Source: Halobacteriovoraceae bacterium
Lineage (GTDB): Bacteria > Bdellovibrionota > Bacteriovoracia > Bacteriovoracales > Bacteriovoracaceae
NCBI GenBank assembly: GCA_963719505.1
Contig: CAVRCF010000003.1
Location: forward strand, 96,001 to 160,000
Direction: 5' to 3'
DNA length: 64,000 bases
The notes under the pieces are model-generated. The model was not told where the DNA came from. It saw only the letters and a program-made list of their open reading frames with translations, and did not search any database. Shown piece by piece: positions 36,286 to 46,097 of the stretch (positions within the stretch are counted from its first letter, which is position 1; each line of letters starts with the position of its first letter). The position numbers and the translations under genes are program-made.

Positions 36286-38463
36286 ATGGAAGGAAAATGC
36301 CCATTTAGAGGAAATCATCAAAAAGAAGCTGCAGGTGAAGGCAGACAAAATGCTGATTGGTGGCCAAACCAATTAAAGCTTAATATTTTAAGGCAACACT
36401 CTAAGCTGTCAAATCCCATGGGAGAGAATTACAAATATTCCGAAGAATTTAAAAAACTCGATCAAAAAGAATTGAAAAAAGATATGATGAGTTTGATGAA
36501 AGAGTCACAAGACTGGTGGCCAGCTGACTTTGGACACTACGGACCTTTTTTTATTCGACTGTCTTGGCATTCGGCTGGAACCTATAGAGCTGGGGATGGA
36601 CGCGGTGGCGCTGCAACCGGTAATCAGCGGTTTGCTCCACTTAACAGCTGGCCTGACAATGGAAACCTAGATAAAGCTAGACTGCTCTTGTGGCCTCTGA
36701 AGAAAAAGTATGGAAACAAAATTTCATGGGCAGACCTTTTTGTTTTTGCGGGAAATTGCGCCCTTGATTCAATGGGATTAAAAACAGCAGGATTCGCTTT
36801 TGGTAGAGAAGACATTTGGCATCCCGAAGAAGATATTTACTGGGGAAGCGAAACAAAGTGGGAGACAAACGACAAAAGATATAAAGGTGACCGAGAACTT
36901 GAAAATCCTCTTGGTGCTGCTGTTATGGGGCTCATCTACGTGAACCCTCAAGGACCAAACAATGAACCTAACCCTGAAAAGGCAGCTATCGATATCAGAG
37001 AAACATTTGGAAGAATGGCGATGAATGACGAAGAGACTGTTGCTCTTATCGCTGGAGGGCATACCTTTGGTAAGTGTCATGGCGCTGGGCCTGGTAAACA
37101 TGTTGGAGTTGAACCCGAGGGTGGCAAAATTGCTGATCAAGGACAAGGCTGGCTGAGTACTTATAAATCGGGTGTGGCAGGCGATGCTATAACCAGTGGT
37201 CTCGAAGGCGCTTGGACCGAGAACCCAATAAAGTGGGACAATAATTATTTTGAAAATCTTTTTAAATATGAATGGGAACTGACTAAAAGTCCCGCAGGAG
37301 CCCATCAGTGGAAACCAAAAGGATCAACCGGGGACGGCACTGTCATGGATGCTCACGATCCAAATAAAAAAAATGCGCCTATGATGGCCACTACCGATTT
37401 AGCCTTAAAAGTTGATCCCGCTTACGAGAAAATTTCCCGTAAATTTTTTGAAAATCCTAAAGAGCTTGCAACGGCTTTCGCAAATGCCTGGTTCAAACTT
37501 TTACATAGAGATATGGGGCCAACATCAAGATACCTTGGTGAAGACATCCCGAAAAAAGAATTTTTATGGCAAGATCCAATTCCAAAAGCTAACTATCAAA
37601 CGATTGACGAAACAGACATCTATCTTTTAAAGCAAGCCTTCATGGAAAGTGATCTGAGTATTTCAGCATTGGTTTCAACTGCATGGGCTTCTGCTTCAAC
37701 TTATAGAGACTCGGACAAGCGAGGGGGAGCGAACGGTGGAAGAATTAGGCTAGAACCTCAAATCAGTTGGGAAGTTAATAGCTCAAGTGAGATAAAAAAA
37801 GTTTTAGCTGAATGTGAAAAAATTCAAAAAGAATTCAATTCAAGTTCAGAAAAAGCACAGGTTTCTATTGCCGACCTTATTGTCCTTGGAGGATGTGCTG
37901 CTCTTGAAAAAGCATCGGGAAAGAAGGTCCCTTTTACTCCAGGTAGAACAGATGCTTCTCAAAAACAGACAGACATTGATTCGTTTGCCTTCTTAAACCC
38001 ACTTGCAGATGGTTTTAGAAATTATATCAGTTCTGATGTCGATGAAAACTTTGAAGTCTCAGCTGAAGAGCTTCTCATAGACAAGGCAAACCTTTTGACT
38101 TTAACGGCACCTGAGATGACTGTTCTTGTGGGCGGAATGAGAGTTCTTGAGACGAACTATGATCATTCCTCTTTGGGCGTTTTTACTGACTCCAGTGGGA
38201 GACTCAATAACGATTTTTTCAAAAACTTAATAAGTATGGAAACGAAGTGGAGAGAAACAACGGAAAAAGAAGAGCAATTTCTAGGAACAGATAGAAAGAC
38301 CGGAGAAGAAAAATGGAAGGGGTCAAGAGTGGATCTCATCTTTGGCTCAAACTCTGAGCTTCGAGCTCTCAGTGAGGTCTATGCAACAGATGAGTCAAAT
38401 GATAAATTTGTTGGCGATTTTATAAAAGCATGGGATAAAGTGATGAATTTAGATCGCTTCTAA
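36286..38463 (+). CDS. katG: Catalase-peroxidase
   Basis: [30 protein letters not shown]. Confidence 0.97.
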   Translation: MEGKCPFRGNHQKEAAGEGRQNADWWPNQLKLNILRQHSKLSNPMGENYKYSEEFKKLDQKELKKDMMSLMKESQDWWPADFGHYGPFFIRLSWHSAGTYRAGDGRGGAATGNQRFAPLNSWPDNGNLDKARLLLWPLKKKYGNKISWADLFVFAGNCALDSMGLKTAGFAFGREDIWHPEEDIYWGSETKWETNDKRYKGDRELENPLGAAVMGLIYVNPQGPNNEPNPEKAAIDIRETFGRMAMNDEETVALIAGGHTFGKCHGAGPGKHVGVEPEGGKIADQGQGWLSTYKSGVAGDAITSGLEGAWTENPIKWDNNYFENLFKYEWELTKSPAGAHQWKPKGSTGDGTVMDAHDPNKKNAPMMATTDLALKVDPAYEKISRKFFENPKELATAFANAWFKLLHRDMGPTSRYLGEDIPKKEFLWQDPIPKANYQTIDETDIYLLKQAFMESDLSISALVSTAWASASTYRDSDKRGGANGGRIRLEPQISWEVNSSSEIKKVLAECEKIQKEFNSSSEKAQVSIADLIVLGGCAALEKASGKKVPFTPGRTDASQKQTDIDSFAFLNPLADGFRNYISSDVDENFEVSAEELLIDKANLLTLTAPEMTVLVGGMRVLETNYDHSSLGVFTDSSGRLNNDFFKNLISMETKWRETTEKEEQFLGTDRKTGEEKWKGSRVDLIFGSNSELRALSEVYATDESNDKFVGDFIKAWDKVMNLDRF

Positions 38464-38471
38464 CCAATAGC

Positions 38472-38500
38472 TCTGGGGGGAGGTATAATCTCCTCTCAGA
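38472..38500 (+). terminator. Putative stem-loop after katG
   Basis: TCTGGGGGGAG / CTCCTCTCAGA stem with G-U pairs; weak U tail. Confidence 0.4.
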
Positions 38501-38524
38501 CCTTTAAATTAAAGAAGATTATTT

Positions 38525-40810
38525 ATGAAAAAAGTGCCCATTGCCATCCTGCTTCTGTTAAGTTCAATTTTGGTCTTTTATTCTCTTTATTCGAAAAATA
38601 GAAAAGCGGGCTGGAGCTCCTCTGAGATCCTTGAGAAAGACCATTACTATTCGCAAGCAATTCAGCCAATATTTAATGCAAAATGTATCGCTTGTCATTC
38701 TTGTTATAATTCACCCTGTCAGCTTAATATGACCTCATACTTCTCTACTGTAAGAGGAGCTAATAAAATTAGTATTTATGACTTTCCTAAATTGGAATCT
38801 AGAGAACCGACAAGAATGTTTATTGATGGAGAAGATGAAAAGACTTGGCGAGAGAAAGGTTTTTATAGCGTCCTTTCAAAGGGAAAAGATTCTCTTTTAA
38901 CGTATATGATTACCAACCCCCATGGAATCGAATCAGGAAAGCAAAATAAGTACATCTCTGAAGAGAGTCGAGTCTGTATGAGTTCATTAGAGGAGTCAGA
39001 GGAGTTTACTTCTAAGAATCCTGCTGGAAGAATGCCCTACGGATTTCCAGGCTTAGAAAAATCAGAAATAGAAACACTTATTAAGTGGCAAAGTAGTGGG
39101 GCTCCTGGACCTGTTTTGTTAGAGCAAGAAAGGAAATTGAGCCAGTTGTCTGGTATCGATTCTGAAGTTAAGAAGTGGGAAAAATTCTTTAATCGTCAGT
39201 CGATGAAAGAGAAAATTGCCTCTCGCTATATCTATGAGCATCTGTTTCTAGCGCATATTTATTTTCCATCATATCCAAAAGTGAATTTTCGACTTGTGAG
39301 GTCTAAATCTGAATCGGGAAAAATTAAAGAAATTGGGACACTCTATCCTTTTGATGACCCTAAAGGCGAGTTTTCCTATCGTTTAAGACCAGTAGTTGAA
39401 ACAATTGTTCATAAAAGTCATATTCCTTTCGAGTTTAATGACAAAAAAATGGAAAAATGGGAGAAAAGTTTTTTTAAAAGTTCTTGGATAAACACGCCCA
39501 AAAAGATGCCTGCTTATGGAAGGGAGGGAGCAAATCCTTACAAGACTTTTGAATCAATTCCTGCAGCCGCTCGCTACCAGTTTTTTCTCGATGAATCGAG
39601 CTATCACATTATGACTTTTATAAAAGGTCCCGTATGTCGAGGTCAGACAGCTTTGAATGTTATTAATGATCATTTTTGGGTTTTCTTCATCGATCCAAGT
39701 AAGGATGCATTGGTTAATTCAAAAGAATTTTACTCTCATGCTGCTAAAAAAATGGTTATGCCAGCTCAATTGAAAGATGACTTTAAGCCTCTTAAAGATC
39801 TTAGAAAAAACTATTGGAAAACATTGAATAAAAAGTACGACTATCTTAACTCTCAACTCTTATCAGACGAATGGTTTTGGACGGGAAATAAGGAAGATGA
39901 CGATGCCTCAATAACTGTCTCTAGGCACTTTGATAGTGCTCATGTTATGAAAGGGCTCCAAGGGGAAGTTCCTAAGACAGCTTGGGTTTTAGACTATCAC
40001 GTCTTTGAATCAATCTACTATAATTTGACTGCTGGTTATAATGTCTTTGGACCCATTCTTCATCAGGTAAACTCTAGACTTTTTATGGAAATTTCTAGAA
40101 TTGCCTCTGAGGATCTTTTTATCTCTTTTCTAAAACCTGAACTGAGAACCCATATTCGCAGTGATTGGAATATAGCAGTACCAAAGAGAGACGAATCAAT
40201 GTTAAAGTGGCTCGCTGATACCATTACTCAAGATGCTAGCGAGGAGATGAAGTATACTTATGTCTACCACGGAACAGAGGTTAAAGTTGAAAATGAAGAT
40301 TCCAAAGAGAGTTTGTTAAGGCGTCTAAAAAATAAAATTTTAACAAAAGAACAAATTTTGGCGGGCAAAAAAGAGAAGAGCGAAGACTTAGTCGCTCTAG
40401 CAGGTATAAAGTCAAAAGGTCTTCAGTACCTTCCAGATACTATTATTTTTAGTGTTGATGATGATGTGTACACACTTGTTCATAATAAAGATCACTTTAA
40501 TGTTTCTATGCTCTTTTTTGAGCAAGATAGAAGAAATGTAAAAAAAGACTCTATTGATATTATTCCAGGGATTGTGACTTCGTACGCAAATGCATTTATG
40601 CGACTCAAAAAAGATGATGTCCAAGCTTTTACAAAAGATTTAAAGGCTGCTGAGAGTGAAAAGAAGATATGGGAGCTGATGAAAAAATATATTATCTCTA
40701 GGTCGGATAAAAACTTTTGGTCTCACTATAAGTATTTCTCCGAAAAATCTTATGAAAAAAATACAAATGAGTATGGCTATTTAGATCTTAATCGATACTT
40801 AAATATTTAG
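38525..40810 (+). CDS. cti: Fatty acid cis/trans isomerase (c-type haem)
   Basis: CIACHSCYNSPCQL, YIYEHLF, FIKGPVCRGQ, RHFDSA, YYNLTAGYNVFG, LDLNRY. Confidence 0.92.
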   Translation: MKKVPIAILLLLSSILVFYSLYSKNRKAGWSSSEILEKDHYYSQAIQPIFNAKCIACHSCYNSPCQLNMTSYFSTVRGANKISIYDFPKLESREPTRMFIDGEDEKTWREKGFYSVLSKGKDSLLTYMITNPHGIESGKQNKYISEESRVCMSSLEESEEFTSKNPAGRMPYGFPGLEKSEIETLIKWQSSGAPGPVLLEQERKLSQLSGIDSEVKKWEKFFNRQSMKEKIASRYIYEHLFLAHIYFPSYPKVNFRLVRSKSESGKIKEIGTLYPFDDPKGEFSYRLRPVVETIVHKSHIPFEFNDKKMEKWEKSFFKSSWINTPKKMPAYGREGANPYKTFESIPAAARYQFFLDESSYHIMTFIKGPVCRGQTALNVINDHFWVFFIDPSKDALVNSKEFYSHAAKKMVMPAQLKDDFKPLKDLRKNYWKTLNKKYDYLNSQLLSDEWFWTGNKEDDDASITVSRHFDSAHVMKGLQGEVPKTAWVLDYHVFESIYYNLTAGYNVFGPILHQVNSRLFMEISRIASEDLFISFLKPELRTHIRSDWNIAVPKRDESMLKWLADTITQDASEEMKYTYVYHGTEVKVENEDSKESLLRRLKNKILTKEQILAGKKEKSEDLVALAGIKSKGLQYLPDTIIFSVDDDVYTLVHNKDHFNVSMLFFEQDRRNVKKDSIDIIPGIVTSYANAFMRLKKDDVQAFTKDLKAAESEKKIWELMKKYIISRSDKNFWSHYKYFSEKSYEKNTNEYGYLDLNRYLNI

Positions 40811-40813
40811 AAT

Positions 40814-40840
40814 AAAAAAAGCCCTATCATTTGATAGGGC
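40814..40840 (-). terminator. Rho-independent terminator between convergent genes
   Basis: GCCCTATCA-TT-TGATAGGGC hairpin preceded by A7, which is a U tail on the minus strand. Confidence 0.75.
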
Positions 40841-40855
40841 CCTCTCTCTTATCTT

Positions 40856-41608
40856 TTAAAACTCAACCTCTCCATCTTTTGTGATTTTAAAGCGACAGCC
40901 TGTTCCGTCAGAAGTGACATAGGATTTATTTTTCTTCAATATTGTCAAAAACTTGTTATCCCCATTTTCAAAGTAAGCTAGAACATCGCCACTTTGAAGT
41001 ACAAGGAGGACTTCGTCCTGACCTTGAGAGCTCTCTTGGCCACAAGGATCAACTATTCTTTGAACGAAATCTAACCCGTCTTGACCGTCTTCTCCGTCTT
41101 CGCCGTCTTCACCATCTTGACCGTCTTCTCCGTCTTCGCCGTCTTCACCATCTTGACCGTCTTCGCCGTCTTCGCCGTCTTGACCGTCTTCGCCGTCTTG
41201 ACCATTTCTTATAAACGCTGTTGTTCCATCAGCGCATGAAATAAGTGCACCTAAACTATTGTCTGCTTCTGCTACTGAACAGGCACTTCCGTCTTGTCCA
41301 TCCTTTCCATTCTTAATGAAGGCTTTGGTGTCTCCGCAAGAAATCATGGCACCACCATCCATCTCTTTTATAGAACATGAAACTCCATCCTCTCCATCTT
41401 GACCATCAATTCCATTTCTTATTCTCTGTTGTGTTCCATCTGGACAACTAATAACGACTTCTTGAGTTTCGTCATCTTTTGTGACTGAACAATTTGCTAC
41501 TAGATTTTCGGTTAGAGTGACACCTTCGTCATCGTTTGCATCCGTGTGAGGACCTCTGCCACAGGAAAATAAAGTTAAAGATAAAGCTAATAATAAAGTG
41601 ATTTTCAA
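40856..41608 (-). CDS. Collagen-like (Gly-X-Asp) lipoprotein
   Basis: TTG start at 41608 after AAGGAG; lipobox LFSC; three Cys-pair modules; 15 consecutive GXD triplets. Confidence 0.85.
   Translation of the reverse strand: MKITLLLALSLTLFSCGRGPHTDANDDEGVTLTENLVANCSVTKDDETQEVVISCPDGTQQRIRNGIDGQDGEDGVSCSIKEMDGGAMISCGDTKAFIKNGKDGQDGSACSVAEADNSLGALISCADGTTAFIRNGQDGEDGQDGEDGEDGQDGEDGEDGEDGQDGEDGEDGEDGQDGLDFVQRIVDPCGQESSQGQDEVLLVLQSGDVLAYFENGDNKFLTILKKNKSYVTSDGTGCRFKITKDGEVEF
41069..41203 (-). repeat. 9-bp coding tandem repeat (GED/GQD x15) containing a perfect 36-bp duplication
   Basis: TTGACCGTCTTCTCCGTCTTCGCCGTCTTCACCATC at 41081-41116 and 41117-41152. Confidence 0.92.
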
Positions 41609-41645
41609 TGCGAACTCCTTTTCTTGACTGCACACCTTATAAATA

Positions 41646-41661
41646 AGCAAAAGGGATGCCA
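41646..41661 (-). promoter_or_regulatory. Sigma-54 promoter for the collagen-like lipoprotein gene
   Basis: Minus strand TGGCATCCCTTTTGCT (GG-N10-GC), 37 bp upstream of the TTG start. Confidence 0.7.
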
Positions 41662-41879
41662 TTGTAAGATACCGAAATCACGAGTGTACAAGCCCGATGG
41701 TGCATGATGGGCCTAGTAGGTGGTATCAGTTCTTCACTTTTCTTCATGAGTACGTGTAAGTCCACAGAATCATTATGAAGAAGATCTCACTGAAAACACT
41801 AAAAATTATACAATTTAGCTACGAACTCAATTTTTTGAGTGATAGAAAGCCATGTTATTGAATTTTACACGGTGGTCTC

Positions 41880-43229
41880 ATGAAGCTTTTTATCACAGCT
41901 ATTAGTATGACATTTCTTCTTTCCTCTTTTGCCTCTCAAAAAATTGAGAAAGTCTTTGAGGATGAAAGTCTGATGAAGGGGCACGTGACTTTATTTTTAA
42001 GTGATGGAGAAATCGTTCACTTTAAAAAAGAGAATGTAGATCTTTTGAATAAAGTAAAGACTGCTTTTAAAACCTCTTCTAGCATTCTTATGACTAAGAG
42101 GGGACAGGTCTCAAGTAATACTGCGGATAAAATTGAATCAATAACATTGTTAGAAAAGTCAGAGTCACACAAGGGGATAGCAAACTTTTCGAAAAAAAGA
42201 TTATTTAGCGATCCTCTTGATAGTGGAAATCTCACGACACTAAATAGTTACAATGCAGCTCAAAGTTTGATGGATAGTTTTAATGGTAAAACGGATGATG
42301 ATTCACAGTGCTACAATCGTGCTCATATGTGGACCTATGAAGCGTCATTTGAAAAAACGATTAACATGGGAAAACTTTGGATATTTTTTACTCATAAGTA
42401 CATTAGAGACTTTGAATACAAATGGTGGTTTCACGTTTCTCCCTATGCTAATGTCGACGATTCAAATGGAAAATATATTCTCGACAGAGGATTCACTCAG
42501 GTTCCTTTTAGTGTAACGAATTGGAAAAATATATTCATTCAAAATGAAGCGAATTGTCCTGTTGTGACAGACTATAGGCAATATGAAAATAATCAAGAAG
42601 AACAGTACTGTTACTTAATTTACTCTCATCAACATTTTTGGCAACCATATCAATTGAAAAATTTCTCAAGCACAGGCTTAATGCCAACGAAATATAATGA
42701 CTCTGATTTAAAGATTGCCTACAAGGACGCACTTATTTCTTGGGATGGGTTAATTCCAGGTGTGGATACAACGAATTCACCTAACAGTGATAATGAAGAG
42801 AATTACTCAGATGATTATCCAACAAATAATAGTTCCACGACACCAGGTTCTGGTACGGCATCAGTACCTGATGTGACAATTCCATCGACAAGTCATGAAC
42901 CAACCTCCTCGTGGGTTAAAGTTGGTGAATCTGTTATTAATAGCAATGGCTTTGAGGGTAGAGTTACAGGCGTTCTTAGTGAGACAAAGGTACTCGTTCT
43001 CTTTGCAAACTCATACCAGTCAGTCTCAGTCGAGACAAGATACTTGGCCGTAAAGTATGGATCTTCCCAGGGATTTTCAGTTGGTGATTATGTCAAAAAT
43101 AACTATGGCGAAAAAGGTAAGGTTACAGGTATCTTCCAAGATGGTGGTGTGACAGTAAAGTTTAGAGGCGCAAGCAAACATATCTGGCAAAATCCATTAA
43201 ATCTTTCCCGGAGATTAATGTATAAATGA
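41880..43229 (+). CDS. Secreted protein-glutamine glutaminase family protein with C-terminal SH3/KOW-like repeats
   Basis: Signal peptide; QCYNRAH, WWFHVSP, ILD (Cys-His-Asp); S/T/N-rich linker; two VGxxV...G.VTG repeats. Confidence 0.78.
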   Translation: MKLFITAISMTFLLSSFASQKIEKVFEDESLMKGHVTLFLSDGEIVHFKKENVDLLNKVKTAFKTSSSILMTKRGQVSSNTADKIESITLLEKSESHKGIANFSKKRLFSDPLDSGNLTTLNSYNAAQSLMDSFNGKTDDDSQCYNRAHMWTYEASFEKTINMGKLWIFFTHKYIRDFEYKWWFHVSPYANVDDSNGKYILDRGFTQVPFSVTNWKNIFIQNEANCPVVTDYRQYENNQEEQYCYLIYSHQHFWQPYQLKNFSSTGLMPTKYNDSDLKIAYKDALISWDGLIPGVDTTNSPNSDNEENYSDDYPTNNSSTTPGSGTASVPDVTIPSTSHEPTSSWVKVGESVINSNGFEGRVTGVLSETKVLVLFANSYQSVSVETRYLAVKYGSSQGFSVGDYVKNNYGEKGKVTGIFQDGGVTVKFRGASKHIWQNPLNLSRRLMYK

Positions 43230-44350
43230 AAGCGCTCGTCTTTGGTCACAGATTAGGTATCGCAAGATCTCTTGAAAGAAAGGGGATTCCTTATGTTCTT
43301 TGGTCCACAAAAGAAGTAAAAAATAAATTATTAGCTGAACAAATTGTTATTGGACCGTACCCGGAATCACCGCTAACACTTTGTGAAAAAATAGAGAAAT
43401 TTGCCGATATTACTCATATTATTGCTGGAGTTGAAAATTCTGTCATTACAGCTTCTAAAGCAAGAGCTTGGCTGGATCTCAGAAGAAATCCCCATAGTGT
43501 TATCTTAATATGTACTGATAAATTGAAAATGAAAAAATTCTTGGCCAACAAGGGAATTCCGACAACACGTTTTGTTCCTTCTTTAAACAAAGGGGTTGAA
43601 GAGATAGTTGAAAAACTTGGTCTTCCTGTTGTTTGTAAAGAGAAGCTAAGTTCTGGTGGTAGAGGCGTGGAGTTTTTAAGGACTAAGGACGAAATTAGCG
43701 ATCGTTTAGGTAAGGAAAATCTCTATTTTGAAAAAGCAATTGTCGGTACTGAAGGAAGTATTGAATCTTTTATTTGTGATCGAAAAATTCTTTTTACAAG
43801 TACCACTGAATATTACAAGCATGGCCTTTGTAATAAAGTACCAGCTCGGTATACAGAAGAAATCAAAAATAAAATTAAAGAGTTAAACCAAAATGTAATC
43901 TCTGCAATGAGTATAAAGTGGGGAATGACTCATCTTGAATACTATATTACTGAAGATGAGATACTCTTTGGTGAGGTTGCCCTGAGGCCTCCAGGAGGAT
44001 ATCTCATGGACACACTTGCTCTTTGTTATGAAGAGAACTTCTGGGATAAATTCGTTGAAATAGAAACGGGTTCTAAAACAGTTCAGTTTAACAATCTCAA
44101 AAACTTCTCTTCCTCCATTATTATTTATCCAAAAGAGGGGACAATAAAAACTATTGAAGGGTTAGATAAGATTGAGAAACTTTCAAGTCTTAAGCATATG
44201 AAGATTAATCTCAAGGTCGGCCAAAAAATTCTTCAAAGAGAGGGTGTTGGTCAAGATTTTGGACATGTCTTTTTGTCAAATTCCAGTGAGAGTGGACTTG
44301 ATCAGGATGTCGATCGATTTTATTCTGAATTAGTCATTGAAAATGAATGA
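43226..44350 (+). CDS. ATP-grasp ligase (L-amino acid ligase-like)
   Basis: DKLKMK, PVVCK, SGGRGV, THLEY, GEVALRPPGG. Confidence 0.85.
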   Translation: MKALVFGHRLGIARSLERKGIPYVLWSTKEVKNKLLAEQIVIGPYPESPLTLCEKIEKFADITHIIAGVENSVITASKARAWLDLRRNPHSVILICTDKLKMKKFLANKGIPTTRFVPSLNKGVEEIVEKLGLPVVCKEKLSSGGRGVEFLRTKDEISDRLGKENLYFEKAIVGTEGSIESFICDRKILFTSTTEYYKHGLCNKVPARYTEEIKNKIKELNQNVISAMSIKWGMTHLEYYITEDEILFGEVALRPPGGYLMDTLALCYEENFWDKFVEIETGSKTVQFNNLKNFSSSIIIYPKEGTIKTIEGLDKIEKLSSLKHMKINLKVGQKILQREGVGQDFGHVFLSNSSESGLDQDVDRFYSELVIENE

Positions 44351-44401
44351 ACGAATCTCGCCGCGAACTCTTTACCTTAAACAATATTAAGAATTAATTT
44401 A

Positions 44402-44428
44402 TAAAGTAACACTTAATTATACCGATAG
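44402..44428 (+). promoter_or_regulatory. Sigma-28 (FliA)-type promoter
   Basis: TAAA(44402-44405)-N15-ACCGATAG(44421-44428) against consensus TAAA-N15-GCCGATAA. Confidence 0.65.
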
Positions 44429-44465
44429 GGGTGGTCTAACTACTAATTAAGAGGAGCTTAACTCT

Positions 44466-44828
44466 ATGAGCACAAGAACCATCAAAAACAAAAATGTATT
44501 TTTAGTCTACTTCTTTTCGATAATTACTTTTGGTATTTATTGGACTGTTTGGACTGTAAAATCAAAACGAGACATGAATGCACTGGGTGCTGACATTCCT
44601 ACCTCTTGGTTACTCATTGTGCCGATCGCAAATTTTTACTACATGTACAAATATTGTGAAGGATTTTCTGAGACCGTTAAGAAGGATAATCATACTGTCC
44701 TTTGGTGTGTTGTTTCATTTTTTGCAGGAATCTTCATGCCATTTTTTGTTCAAACCGAACTAAATAAACATGCGACTCAACCTCCAGCATCAGTTGATGC
44801 AAACGAAAACATTAAAATCGCTGCGTAG
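44466..44828 (+). CDS. DUF4234 membrane protein
   Basis: SIITFGIYWTVW and Q.ELN motifs; GAGGAG RBS. Confidence 0.85.
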   Translation: MSTRTIKNKNVFLVYFFSIITFGIYWTVWTVKSKRDMNALGADIPTSWLLIVPIANFYYMYKYCEGFSETVKKDNHTVLWCVVSFFAGIFMPFFVQTELNKHATQPPASVDANENIKIAA

Positions 44829-44833
44829 GAAAT

Positions 44834-45202
44834 ATGAAGAAAATAGAAGAGATCAATATTGTATTATATATTCTTTTAACGATTATAACTTTTGGTCTTT
44901 TCTATTTTTATTGGCAATACCGTCAAATGCAACAATGTAATATTTTGCTAGAATCCAAAGAGCATGGATTTTTAAAATGGTTTTTTCTCTCTCTTATAAC
45001 TTTTGGAATCTATCATTTTTATCATGAATATTTAATGAGTAAAGACATCATTCTGCTTCAAGAAAAGTATGAATTAAAAGTGAATAGTCAGGATTATCCA
45101 ATTTTATGTTTAATTATCAGTGTTTTTGGATTTATTCTCATCAGCGACTTTATCCATCAAGACGATTTAAATAAGATCATTAGAAAACTCAATAAGTTCT
45201 AG
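44834..45202 (+). CDS. DUF4234 membrane protein
   Basis: TIITFGLFYFYW / SLITFGIY duplicated motif, QDDLN. Confidence 0.82.
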   Translation: MKKIEEINIVLYILLTIITFGLFYFYWQYRQMQQCNILLESKEHGFLKWFFLSLITFGIYHFYHEYLMSKDIILLQEKYELKVNSQDYPILCLIISVFGFILISDFIHQDDLNKIIRKLNKF

Positions 45203-46086
45203 GGAATAAGTTCTTTTAGATAATTCAGTCCACCGACGATTGCAGCAACCTGGGCCTCATTGCATTGTTTATCTGTGACCTTTTTGCTGTCTGGATAAAC
45301 CTCTGTTGTTGTCACATACTTGGCATCTGTTAACCCAGCACAAAGAAAAAGCTTTTTCACATCATAGTTGATGACACCTTTACTTGAAACACTCTCTCCG
45401 ATGATTTTACCCTCCTTATCGGCTGGAGCAATATGAGTTACTTTTTCTACCTCATTGATAATAGCTTGTTGAAACTGATTTTCAACACGGCCAGTATCTC
45501 CCACAAGATAAAAGCCGTCTGGTATATCCCAAACTTCTTGTGGTATTCCATCACGTTTTTCAATTAAGGGACGAAAAACTGTGTTATCAGTGTCAGTCGT
45601 TTCATGAAGATCAAAGTGAGCAAGGAATGTCAGATTTTTTTCTTCTAACAATTTAAAGATAAGCTCACACTCTTTTGCTGGACTATCTTTAAAGAAATTT
45701 CTATTGGGATCCAACGCTTTTGGGTTCCAACGATTAATTGTCTCATAACCCCAAGGACTGATGCATGGGGCACAAAATAAGTTAAAGTGACTTGAGTACT
45801 CAGCAGCATGCTCTTTCATAAAGAGTAAGGCTCCATGAGCACCGCTTGTCTCATATCCATGAACGCCGCCAGTAATGAGGATGTTTGGCTTGGTCTTATC
45901 AATCATCTTGGACTGAAGAAAGAAAACGGGGTAGTCGACATGGGATTCGGTGAGTGTTCCGTACTGTTGAACTTTGAAAAGACTATCTAAATTTTCAATC
46001 TGAGAGAGAATATCTTCTTTATAAGAACGTTGAACCTTTTGTTCATTTTTCCAGTTCAATTTATCTTGTTGGCTCCACTTATTCAT
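45199..46086 (-). CDS. M14 family metallocarboxypeptidase
   Basis: GVHGYE, NRW, DPNRNF, DLHET, TTEVYP. Start at ATG 46086. Confidence 0.88.
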   Translation of the reverse strand: MNKWSQQDKLNWKNEQKVQRSYKEDILSQIENLDSLFKVQQYGTLTESHVDYPVFFLQSKMIDKTKPNILITGGVHGYETSGAHGALLFMKEHAAEYSSHFNLFCAPCISPWGYETINRWNPKALDPNRNFFKDSPAKECELIFKLLEEKNLTFLAHFDLHETTDTDNTVFRPLIEKRDGIPQEVWDIPDGFYLVGDTGRVENQFQQAIINEVEKVTHIAPADKEGKIIGESVSSKGVINYDVKKLFLCAGLTDAKYVTTTEVYPDSKKVTDKQCNEAQVAAIVGGLNYLKELIP

Positions 46087-46097
46087 GATTTCTTCCT

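Noticed and set aside
36778-37305. 175-aa minus-strand ORF, and other short nested ORFs in the track
   Set aside because: Lie inside well-supported genes (katG, RND, proA and others) and show no recognisable motifs.
41069-41203. Possible CRISPR-like array
   Set aside because: Contiguous 9-bp units with no spacers, in frame within a CDS, and no cas genes nearby.
40942-41214. Arg/Leu-rich repetitive ORF (RLLRLRRLHHLD)
   Set aside because: Antisense shadow of the collagen-like repeat.
41663-41879. Intergenic region with imperfect hairpins, possible ncRNA
   Set aside because: Stems are weak and match no RNA family I recognise; it could simply be the enhancer/promoter region of the divergent genes.
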